Source: an uncultured Rickettsiales bacterium (GTDB lineage: Bacteria; Pseudomonadota; Alphaproteobacteria; Rs-D84). From it: 64,000 nucleotides of DNA. The position numbers were made by a program, and so were the translations under genes. The stretch covers positions 287-64,286 of the forward strand of contig URSG01000003.1 in the NCBI GenBank assembly GCA_900550565.1. The letters run 5' to 3'. This document shows, piece after piece, positions 33,906 to 42,222 of this stretch. Each line of letters starts with the position of its first letter. The first letter of the stretch is position 1. Below the pieces are notes generated by a model, which ran no database searches, was not told the DNA's origin, and saw only the letters and a list, made by a program, of their open reading frames with translations.

Positions 33906-36299
33906 TTACAAGATTGGTGGGAAACAATCACCACCGGTTTCTGGGCAACAATTAAATCCTTGGTCGCCCATATCTGTATATATTTCGCCCGTGCAACATC
34001 CGTTTGCATCAGGTGTCGTCCCGTCTTCACAGGTAATTACAGCCTGGGCGGTGTCTTCTTCCTTTTTGGCCGCCTGGAACGGATTTTGAATAGAGCCGTC
34101 TTCGTTATATTTCAGTCCCAAAACGTTTTCATTGTATGATTTGGTGCCGACGCCCCCTGTGCTGGCAATACTGTTAGAATTATTCGCGTCTTGTTGATTC
34201 TGGTATATTGCCGCCTGGCGCACGTTGTTGATTGCCTGGTAATTCAGTGATTTGCAATACGTCAACACGGTGCGGTAATCGTATCCAGCCTCGTATATTC
34301 TTTGTGGTGTATCTTTGTCGGAATTTATTGTCCACATATTGTCTTTGCCTTGGATGCAATATTGGCTTAAATCAAACGACCGAACCTGGCCAGTCCACGA
34401 GCCATCGTTGTAATCGGCCTTGCCACTGTGTTGCCAGTTAGGCCGTTTGTTCCGATCGCCTTTTTGTGAACTTGCCTTAACTTTGGCCACAGAACATATT
34501 TTATCACTTTTTTCGCCACATGTGATAACCAAATCGGCGGGTGAAAATACCGTTATACGTGTGCCGGCCGCGATTGAAAATGGTGGCACGGTATTGTCCA
34601 GCATATCCACAATAAACTTTTGGGCAACCTGGTTCCAGGCGGTGATAATTTCATTTTTTGCCAATTCAGATGAACGCACGGTGCCAGATTGCACAACCGT
34701 ATTGTTGTCCAAATCAATTTGATTCACAAATTTATCGGTAATTGGCGCAATCATATTCACCGCCGCCGGCACAACCGCGGTCAGCAATGGCAATACCATT
34801 TGTTCAATATAATCTGTGCTGCCATATCCGGGAACGCCCGCGCGTCCCTGTGAATCGCCAGAAAATGGATCTTCATTTGAATTACCTGTAAAGTTAAATT
34901 CAACACCATTTGGTAAAATAAATTGATACCAGCGAATATCCATACGACCAACAGTTTTATATGGCCCGGGAATTTCACCCGTGACATATCCTAATAACAG
35001 TGTTCCGGCCGGGATTACAACCGTGCGGCCATTGTCAGAATACACATTACGGTCAACCGTTGCGCGTACGGGTAATGATCGCGCACCCTCTTTATACAAC
35101 GATGGGTCGGCGCGAACCTCGGACACAATGGTGGCCGGAATCGGTTTATATTGACGTAACACAAACGTGCGGTCATACGGGTCAGACGAATAAAATGCGT
35201 CCCCACTGGTTCCGATATGAACATCGCCAGAATTGTCGCGCATTGTGATACCACCACGAAAACGGTCGGCGGTTTCAGCCCCCGTTGCAGATGCAGACAT
35301 CTGTTCAATTTCATCGGTTGTCAGTTGGTATGCACGATTTTTAACGCGCGTCACCGGATTAGACAACTGGGGCAATGCGCCACCGGCACTGGCGTCAGTG
35401 TATCCGATGTGTTCGGCATCTGTGCCAATCTTTTTCCCAGGTGTTTTTATATCGGTAATTATACCACTGTCTGGATTATAGACGCCCGTTGGATTGTTGC
35501 ATTTTTTATCAGAAAATGGGTGGAAATAATACGCGCCACGTTCGGGACGAATCCAACCGATTTGTGTGCCGTTTGCATCATAGCCCGGGAATGCAAATTC
35601 AGAACACGGCGTAGATGGGGTATCATCTGCCACTTTTGTGTTGTTGTGGTCGTTGTCTGCGAACGGGTCGGCCGGTGCCAGTGTTTCAACCTGTTGCTTG
35701 ATTTCCTGTTGAACAGGTTTTGGCGCAGGTTCTGGTGTTGGTTCGGCCGGCTGTTTAATTTCAGGCGCAACCGACGATAACACCAAAATCAGTTTTTCTG
35801 CGTTTGACATTTTTTCCGGCTGGTGTACGTCGTGCCAGTCAATGAATAACGCCAGTGTTTTGCTGTCCATTGCCACAGTTGGCGCGTATTTCAGCGTGAT
35901 ATTGCAACCGGTCACCTGGTTTATTTCGGCCATTTTTTTACAGGTTTCTTTGATGTCCAGTCCAGCAATTTGGTCGTGATAACGCACGTCTTTGATTTTA
36001 ACCGGCGCTGTGGCCTTGACGTTCAGTTGAATTTCTTTGGTGGTGCCAACCGTGACATCTGTCCAGGTCAATGTATTTTCAGTCCAATCTTCTGGTGGGG
36101 TGGCGGCGACAATCAACTTGATTGGTGCCTCGTCCGCGGTATTTTGAACGCCCGATGATTTGCCACGTCCCCCCAGCAACAGAATCAACAATACCAGCAC
36201 GACGATAAACGCCGCCACCATCAATATCCACTGGATATGCTTTGGGGTTGTTTTACGAATTTCTGTAATTTGCTGTTTGATAGCACTCATATTAAACAC
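33906..36299 (-). CDS. virB10: VirB10/TrbI-family T4SS core protein with extra N-terminal module and Cys-rich C-terminal tail
   Basis: 797 aa. TM helix aa 23-43, Pro-rich linker aa 179-196, TrbI core aa ~375-592 (VIPAGTLLLGYV...MDIRWYQFILPNGVEF...GRAGVPGYGSTDY...AAGTRITVFSPADLVI), then a 205-aa tail. GTG at 36299 or ATG at 36290. Confidence 0.85.
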   Translation of the reverse strand: MFNMSAIKQQITEIRKTTPKHIQWILMVAAFIVVLVLLILLLGGRGKSSGVQNTADEAPIKLIVAATPPEDWTENTLTWTDVTVGTTKEIQLNVKATAPVKIKDVRYHDQIAGLDIKETCKKMAEINQVTGCNITLKYAPTVAMDSKTLALFIDWHDVHQPEKMSNAEKLILVLSSVAPEIKQPAEPTPEPAPKPVQQEIKQQVETLAPADPFADNDHNNTKVADDTPSTPCSEFAFPGYDANGTQIGWIRPERGAYYFHPFSDKKCNNPTGVYNPDSGIITDIKTPGKKIGTDAEHIGYTDASAGGALPQLSNPVTRVKNRAYQLTTDEIEQMSASATGAETADRFRGGITMRDNSGDVHIGTSGDAFYSSDPYDRTFVLRQYKPIPATIVSEVRADPSLYKEGARSLPVRATVDRNVYSDNGRTVVIPAGTLLLGYVTGEIPGPYKTVGRMDIRWYQFILPNGVEFNFTGNSNEDPFSGDSQGRAGVPGYGSTDYIEQMVLPLLTAVVPAAVNMIAPITDKFVNQIDLDNNTVVQSGTVRSSELAKNEIITAWNQVAQKFIVDMLDNTVPPFSIAAGTRITVFSPADLVITCGEKSDKICSVAKVKASSQKGDRNKRPNWQHSGKADYNDGSWTGQVRSFDLSQYCIQGKDNMWTINSDKDTPQRIYEAGYDYRTVLTYCKSLNYQAINNVRQAAIYQNQQDANNSNSIASTGGVGTKSYNENVLGLKYNEDGSIQNPFQAAKKEEDTAQAVITCEDGTTPDANGCCTGEIYTDMGDQGFNCCPETGGDCFPPIL

Positions 36300-36314
36300 C
36301 GCCTGCCAAATCAG

Positions 36315-37847
36315 TTATTGAATACGCACGACACTGCAACTGGCACCGCTGAATTTTAACAACTGGTCGCACAGTTTTTGCGCTGTGTCAATATCAGACA
36401 TTGGGCCAATGCGCAGACGATATAAACGCGCCGCGCGTGATGTTGCACCCAAATCACCGACACCTTGTTCGTCAACGGCAAAGAACACCTTGTCCTTGTA
36501 CGGGGTCAATAAACCCATACCGTCATCGCCACTGAATTTCGCCAACAGTCCCGTCCAGTAATCGTCCAGTGCCTTGACCGATGTGTCAGATTTTAATTCT
36601 ACGGCAACGCCACTTTGATTGCTGGTAATCAATGGGATATTTGTCTGGGGCAGATAAGAACCAGCCGTCACACGTTCTGTTGGAATCATATTTACGCCCG
36701 TCGCGCCCGATGTCGCCACAGCCGCACCTGGAACAGTTGCAACCGATGCCGGCATATAATAACCAGTGCCAGCGGCGGCGTTTGTATTAGAAATGTATGT
36801 CGGTGTTCCTGTGTTATTCACGCCAGCAGTATTGATTGCGTTTTGGTCCATTGAATACGCGATGTTATTCAATGACTGGCCCGACATCATAGATTGCGCA
36901 ACGTTCGCTTCGGCCAATGCCATAACAGACGCCGTGTCTGCAATCAAGAACGGTTTTTCACGCTTTTTAATACATACGATTCGCTGGCCACTGCGCAATA
37001 CCATATCGCCAACGGCTTCTACTATCAACAGGCGGCCATCGTCGCCATCTGTGCGGAAACCGACCGGGGATTCGCCACCTTCTACCAGTAATGATACAAC
37101 CGGACGTTGGGTCATTGCGATAACCTTGTCGCCAAAGTCAATGTATGTGAATATTCTGTCGCGCCATACGCGTTCAGGCGCAATGACGTAATCGTCTGGG
37201 TTTGGAACGAATATATCCAAATCAAATCTGAATTCAGACGGATCAATTTTCATTGATTTAATCCAACCATAATCTTCGCCGTCGGCACCAACCGTGCTGG
37301 CCGTCTTGGGGGCCTTTTTGAATATAGATGATGCGCCACTGGTCGCGTCGTTCGCGCCCGTTGCACCCGGCAGACTGGTATTGCCGTCCAAAACAACTTC
37401 TACCTGGGAATATGTGATTTCGCTGGAATTTGATGGTTCGCTGCGCAGATAAAATATATACTTGTTGCCAGATTTTCCCGTCACAATCAGGTTCGTATCA
37501 GAACCCTGGTTGCTGGCCGTTGGACTGATAATCATTGTGCGGTCACCCTGGTTCGCCTCTATCGTGAACAGGCCCTGGTTTCCAATGACGGCGTCGGCAA
37601 TCTGTTCCCCGTTGGGCAAGGACACCATCGTCACCATACCATTACGTAATTTAATTGGCAAAACGCTGCCCGTGGTCCAAGACAACTGGGCGTATCCGGG
37701 TTTCGTGCTGCCTGCGGCCATATTCGCAGTTGGGTTGTCCCAGGCTTCTTGGACGCCATAGTTCACAGCCGCCGCTGGTGCAATAATGCACATTGATGCC
37801 AAGCAAAACACAGATATATTTAATTTTATTGCTGTCTTAAAACTCAT
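36315..37847 (-). CDS. virB9: VirB9/CagX/TrbG-family T4SS core protein fused to a C-terminal SPOR-like domain
   Basis: 510 aa. Signal peptide, a VirB9 N-domain (MVSLPNGEQIADAVIGNQGLFTIEANQGDRTMIISP...TNLIVTGKSGNKYIFYL) and C-domain (RIFTYIDFGD...VEGGESPVGFRTDG...LRSGQRIVCIKK), a low-complexity linker, then a SPOR-like end (LYRLRIGPMSDIDTAQKLCDQLLKFSGASCSVV). Confidence 0.8.
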   Translation of the reverse strand: MSFKTAIKLNISVFCLASMCIIAPAAAVNYGVQEAWDNPTANMAAGSTKPGYAQLSWTTGSVLPIKLRNGMVTMVSLPNGEQIADAVIGNQGLFTIEANQGDRTMIISPTASNQGSDTNLIVTGKSGNKYIFYLRSEPSNSSEITYSQVEVVLDGNTSLPGATGANDATSGASSIFKKAPKTASTVGADGEDYGWIKSMKIDPSEFRFDLDIFVPNPDDYVIAPERVWRDRIFTYIDFGDKVIAMTQRPVVSLLVEGGESPVGFRTDGDDGRLLIVEAVGDMVLRSGQRIVCIKKREKPFLIADTASVMALAEANVAQSMMSGQSLNNIAYSMDQNAINTAGVNNTGTPTYISNTNAAAGTGYYMPASVATVPGAAVATSGATGVNMIPTERVTAGSYLPQTNIPLITSNQSGVAVELKSDTSVKALDDYWTGLLAKFSGDDGMGLLTPYKDKVFFAVDEQGVGDLGATSRAARLYRLRIGPMSDIDTAQKLCDQLLKFSGASCSVVRIQ

Positions 37848-37886
37848 GCCTGTTTTCCTTACCTTTCTCGTAATACTGTGGACGGA

Positions 37887-38564
37887 TTATTGCCCGTCGT
37901 CCAGATAACCCGTGTCCAGCGGGTCCCCGTTCCCAGATTCAACGCGATATTCTGATACGCGTATCCCCAGTGGGTTGTCCAAACGATCCGACCATTGTAA
38001 TTCGGTCGTGTCGTCCATTTGTAATTTCAGTATAATTGTATAATCTTTTTTGGCAGTCTGTCCACCACTATCTTCACAAAAATACTTAAATTTCACGGCG
38101 TATGTATCCGATGTGCGTGGGGTGACCGCGCCGTTTTCAAATTCTACGCTGCAACTGAATTCAAAATCAGGCGTATTGTTCATCAGGGCGTTCCACATAT
38201 TCGTGCGCGTGAACGCGTTATAGACCGCCGGCGTGGACCACGTATGCACGATGCCCGTGACGTCATTGTTCCATTTACGCAACATAACACGACCGTCTGG
38301 GACGATTTCGTTGCGCGCCTTGATATATTCGCGGATAAATGCGCGTTTATACCATTTGACGTTTTCATCATTGGTGGATAATTCGCTGACAATAACCTGT
38401 TGATCTTCGCGTGGTTGCGTCATCAGAAAAAATACCTGGGGCCGATTGAGTGGGAACATTTTATACAGTGTAAAGCCCAACACCCCCAGCACGACAATCG
38501 CGCCAGCCAGAACAAATGTCATCAATCGTGATAATAAAATTGGCGGTTCTATGCGGTCTTGCAA
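37887..38564 (-). CDS. virB8: VirB8-family T4SS protein
   Basis: 225 aa bitopic protein with a TM helix at aa ~13-35. C-terminal NPLGIRVSEYRV matches the conserved VirB8 NPxG motif. TTG start with an AGGA RBS. Confidence 0.8.
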   Translation of the reverse strand: MQDRIEPPILLSRLMTFVLAGAIVVLGVLGFTLYKMFPLNRPQVFFLMTQPREDQQVIVSELSTNDENVKWYKRAFIREYIKARNEIVPDGRVMLRKWNNDVTGIVHTWSTPAVYNAFTRTNMWNALMNNTPDFEFSCSVEFENGAVTPRTSDTYAVKFKYFCEDSGGQTAKKDYTIILKLQMDDTTELQWSDRLDNPLGIRVSEYRVESGNGDPLDTGYLDDGQ

Positions 38565-38801
38565 TGATTTCCTCTCTCTGTTATTATTAAATCATAGACA
38601 AAAAGTGCAGGTGCGTGCAAGCAAAAAGTGCGAAAAATCAAAAAAAATCAAATCAGTTTTTCAGATTTTACTTGCGCGTGGCGCGTTAAAATCATATAAT
38701 GTATGCGCTTTTTCTGCTTGCTTTTTTGTTCGTGTGTGCTATCCTGGCGCAGACTATCGGAATGGTCACGTGATTGTGCAGGCATAAAAGCGACCAAAAA
38801 C

Positions 38802-38875
38802 AGGGGCATAGTTCAACGGTAGAATATCGGTCTCCAAAACCGCGGATAAGGGTTCGATTCCTTTTGCCCCTGCCA
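38802..38875 (+). tRNA. tRNA-Trp (anticodon CCA)
   Basis: AGGGGCATAGTTCAACGGTAGAATATCGGTCTCCAAAACCGCGGATAAGGGTTCGATTCCTTTTGCCCCTGCCA. Sits in the canonical position upstream of secE-nusG. Confidence 0.95.
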
Positions 38876-38933
38876 ATATTTCGCAAAACAGCGATGTTGG
38901 TTGTAATGATGGTCGGATATAGTGGGCGAATTT

Positions 38934-39113
38934 ATGAAAAAAGTTATTGATTATATTAAGTCGGTTCGCGGTGAATGGTTCAAAATTGTATGGCCATCGC
39001 GCGATGCTGTTATTCGTGCAACTATTATGATTCTGGTGTTTTCTGCGATTGCAGCACTGTTTTTCTTTGTGGTGGACAGTGTGTTAAACACGATTGTTGG
39101 TTGGATTTTCTAA
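38934..39113 (+). CDS. secE: preprotein translocase subunit SecE
   Basis: 59 aa (63 aa from the alternative GTG at 38922). Contains EWFKIVWPSR and a single TM helix, and lies in the tRNA-Trp-secE-nusG context. Confidence 0.85.
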   Translation: MKKVIDYIKSVRGEWFKIVWPSRDAVIRATIMILVFSAIAALFFFVVDSVLNTIVGWIF

Positions 39114-39138
39114 AACAAAACGGGCAAAGGATACGCAT

Positions 39139-39672
39139 ATGGAAGATAAAATGCAATGGTTTGTTGTAAATGTTCATACCGGCTGTGAAGACAAGGTTGC
39201 CCGCGGCCTGCGCGAACAGATTGACAAGCGTCGCTTGAACGCGTTGTTTGGGGAAATTTTGGTTCCAACACGCGAAGTGACAGAAATCAAGGGTGGCAAA
39301 CGTGTTAAAACGGAAAAGAAATTCTTTCCGGGTTATATCGTTGTCCAGATGGTTTTGAATAACGAAACGTTTTCGTTGGTAAAACTGATGCCCCAGGTTG
39401 TTATGTTCTTGGGTGCGAAAAACAAACCAATCGCCGTCAGCGAAGAAGAAGCACGTCGCCTGCAAAAACAGGTAGAAGAGGGCGCGATTTCTGTTGAAGA
39501 CGTAGAATACGAGGTTGGACAAGAGGTTCACGTTATTGACGGGCCGTTCAATGGTTTCAATGGCATCGTGGCCGAGGTTGATAATCTGAAACAAAAAATG
39601 ACTGCGACGATTTTGGTGTTCGGTCGTGAAACCAGCGTTGAATTGGGTTTTGCCGAAGTTGAACGCGTCTAG
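39139..39672 (+). CDS. nusG: transcription termination/antitermination factor NusG
   Basis: WFVVNVHTGCEDKV NGN domain and a KOW domain (EVGQEVHVIDGPFNGFNGIV). Start trimmed from 39094. Confidence 0.95.
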   Translation: MEDKMQWFVVNVHTGCEDKVARGLREQIDKRRLNALFGEILVPTREVTEIKGGKRVKTEKKFFPGYIVVQMVLNNETFSLVKLMPQVVMFLGAKNKPIAVSEEEARRLQKQVEEGAISVEDVEYEVGQEVHVIDGPFNGFNGIVAEVDNLKQKMTATILVFGRETSVELGFAEVERV

Positions 39673-39851
39673 GACAGACGTATTGCGCGTGAACGTCGGG
39701 AATGGGTTGCAACGTTGATTTCGGAATTACGGACGCACAAACGTTAAAGAAAAAAAGTTTTCGGGTTTTTGCGAAATGGTTTCGTTAAAAATCCCGGCGG
39801 CAGATGCGCCACATCGGACCGCCGCACAACCAAAAAAAATGGAGTGAACAA

Positions 39852-40283
39852 ATGGCAAAGAAAGAACTGAAAGGGATTGTCAAATTAGTCGTCCCTGCAA
39901 AGCAAGCAAATCCTGCGCCACCGATTGGGCCTGCGTTGGGTGCTGCTGGTGTGAACATCGCAGAATTCTGCAAACAATTTAACGACAAAACATCTGATAA
40001 AGAACCGGGTATGCCGATTCCATGCATTATCACTGTTTATACTGACCGCAGTTTTGAATTTATTATGAAATTGCCGCCAGTGTCGTATTACATTAAAAAG
40101 GCGTTGAAACTGAAATCTGGTTCAAAAAAACCGGGTCGTGATTTCGTTGGAACGATTTCCAAAGACCAGGTTAAACAGATTGCAGAAAACAAAATGCCGG
40201 ACTTGAATTGCTCTACCATTGAATCCGCAATGAACATTGTCGCGGGTCAGTGCCGTTCTATGGGCGTAAAGGTGGAGGAATAA
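39852..40283 (+). CDS. rplK: 50S ribosomal protein L11
   Basis: [37 protein letters not shown] upstream. Start trimmed from 39804. Confidence 0.95.
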   Translation: MAKKELKGIVKLVVPAKQANPAPPIGPALGAAGVNIAEFCKQFNDKTSDKEPGMPIPCIITVYTDRSFEFIMKLPPVSYYIKKALKLKSGSKKPGRDFVGTISKDQVKQIAENKMPDLNCSTIESAMNIVAGQCRSMGVKVEE

Positions 40284-40286
40284 GAT

Positions 40287-40961
40287 ATGAAACTGACAAA
40301 AAGACAAAAGACATGGGCAAACCTGGATACAGACAAAGTGTATTCTTTGGCTGATGCGATTGAAGCCCTGCGTGGTTATACGTCCAAGAAATTTGACGAA
40401 AGTTTGGAAATCGCCATCAGATTGGGCATTGATGTCACCAAGGCTGACCAGAATATTCGTGGTATGTTGTCCTTGCCAAATGGCACAGGTAAAACAGTTC
40501 GCGTTGCAGTATTTACTGTCAACAGTGCAGACGATGCCAAAAAGGCTGGCGCAGACGTTGTTGGCGGCGAAGAACTGATTGAAAAGGTTGCCGGTGGCGA
40601 AATCAATTTTGATCGCGTTATTGCAACACCAGATATGATGCCAAAAATGTCAAAGATTGCACGTATCTTGGGGCCAAAGGGTTTGATGCCGAATCCAAAA
40701 TTGGGAACGGTCACAAACAACGTTGCCGAAGCAATCAAGGCAGCCAAGGCTGGCCAGATTGAATACCGTGCAGAAAAGAAGGGTATCATTCACGCTGGTA
40801 TCGGCAAAATGTCGTTCACAAACGAACAGTTGGTTGAAAACGCAACCGCATTGGTTGACCAGTTGAAAAAGGTAAAACCTGCATCTGCCAAGGGTCAGTA
40901 TATCTTGGGCGCATCTGTTGCGACAACCCAGGGTCCAGGTCTGAAGGTTGATGTAAAATAA
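40287..40961 (+). CDS. rplA: 50S ribosomal protein L1
   Basis: 224 aa, typical L1 (FDESLEIAIRLGIDVTKADQNIRG). Confidence 0.95.
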   Translation: MKLTKRQKTWANLDTDKVYSLADAIEALRGYTSKKFDESLEIAIRLGIDVTKADQNIRGMLSLPNGTGKTVRVAVFTVNSADDAKKAGADVVGGEELIEKVAGGEINFDRVIATPDMMPKMSKIARILGPKGLMPNPKLGTVTNNVAEAIKAAKAGQIEYRAEKKGIIHAGIGKMSFTNEQLVENATALVDQLKKVKPASAKGQYILGASVATTQGPGLKVDVK

Positions 40962-41172
40962 GTTATGTTCTGGTGTGGTCAATGCCACACTGGAACAAAT
41001 ACAGATTTCTGTCCAAGACTGATGGTGTTGACAACAACTTAATTCCCATCATAGACAAAGAAAAAATTCTTTGGGGCAGGAACCAAGCCCCATTTCGGGA
41101 AACCGAGTGGAAAGTTTAACAAAGCAGGGATTAGGGGCAATAACCCCGAAATCTGGAAGTAAAGGATAAAAT
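40962..41172 (+). promoter_or_regulatory. rplJ 5' leader region (probable L10/L12 autoregulatory leader)
   Basis: A 211-nt untranslated gap with several hairpins in the position of the known L10 leader. The structure was not verified. Confidence 0.35.
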
Positions 41173-41649
41173 ATGAGACGCGAAGAAAAATCAGATTTGA
41201 TTTCAGCGTTGCAGTCGTCCTTGAAAGATGCAAACGGTGTTTTCGTTATTGAAAACCACGGTCTGACCGTGAAAGAAATGGAAATCCTGCGTAATGAATT
41301 GCGCCCGGTTGTTTCTGTTTTCAAAGTTGTGAAAAACCGTTTGATGAAATTGGCATTGAAAGATACCGATTTTGAACCTGTGTCCGAAATGATGAAACGT
41401 CCGACCGCCGTTGCAGTTGCAACAGATGGCCTGGCGGTGACCAAGGTTTTGGCAAAGTTCGCCGAAGCGCACCCAAACCTGAGCATCATCGGTGGTAAAA
41501 TGGACGCAGATGTCTTGGACAAAGACGGCATTATGCAATTATCCAAACTGCCATCCCTGTTGGAAATCCGTGGCACTATCGCGCGTATCCTGGTGGAACC
41601 AGCATCACGCTTGGCACGTGTTTCAGCAGAGTATGGTAAGAAAAATTAA
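41173..41649 (+). CDS. rplJ: 50S ribosomal protein L10
   Basis: 158 aa in the rplJ-rplL context, with a typical N-terminus. Confidence 0.9.
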   Translation: MRREEKSDLISALQSSLKDANGVFVIENHGLTVKEMEILRNELRPVVSVFKVVKNRLMKLALKDTDFEPVSEMMKRPTAVAVATDGLAVTKVLAKFAEAHPNLSIIGGKMDADVLDKDGIMQLSKLPSLLEIRGTIARILVEPASRLARVSAEYGKKN

Positions 41650-41697
41650 TATCAAAATGGCAACATTTTGATTTACCTAAAATAATAGGAGCAAAAA

Positions 41698-42063
41698 ATG
41701 GCAGACATTCAGAAATTAGTTGAAGAATTGTCAAAATTGACCGTTTTGGAAGCAGTTGAACTGTCCAAAGCGTTAGAAGAAACATGGGGCGTTTCCGCCG
41801 CCGCCGCAGTTGCAGTTGCAGCTGGCCCGGCTGCTGCCGCCGCAGAAGAAAAAACAGAATTTGACGTTGTTTTGGCCGAAATCGGCGCAAACAAACTGGC
41901 CGTTATCAAGGCTGTCAAAGAAATGACAGGTTTGGGGCTGGGCGAAGCGAAAGCTTTGGTTGAATCTGCACCAAAGGCAGTCAAAGAAGCTGTTGCAAAA
42001 GATGAAGCCGAAAAAATGAAGGCTACATTGGAAGCAGCAGGTGCCAAGGTTGAATTGAAATAA
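41698..42063 (+). CDS. rplL: 50S ribosomal protein L7/L12
   Basis: Ala-rich hinge and a C-terminal [19 protein letters not shown]...KVELK. Confidence 0.95.
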   Translation: MADIQKLVEELSKLTVLEAVELSKALEETWGVSAAAAVAVAAGPAAAAAEEKTEFDVVLAEIGANKLAVIKAVKEMTGLGLGEAKALVESAPKAVKEAVAKDEAEKMKATLEAAGAKVELK

Positions 42064-42222
42064 TTCATACCGTCGGGTTTGCCCGACACAATAAAAAAAG
42101 TCGCGGCATTGCCGCGCAAACGCCAGCCCACCAGGGGATTTTTCCCCGGTGGGCGCAAAGGCGTAAAAAACAGTTTGAAATAGTTCCGTTTGCAAAACGC
42201 ACAAAAAAAAGGATTGATACCC

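Noticed and set aside
33669-38921. Considered whether the virB8-10 region is part of an integrative conjugative element inserted at tRNA-Trp.
   Set aside because: The operon faces the 5' side of tRNA-Trp, not its 3' end. I could find no duplicated tRNA-Trp segment, and no integrase, relaxase or partition genes in the window. The flanks are core genes.
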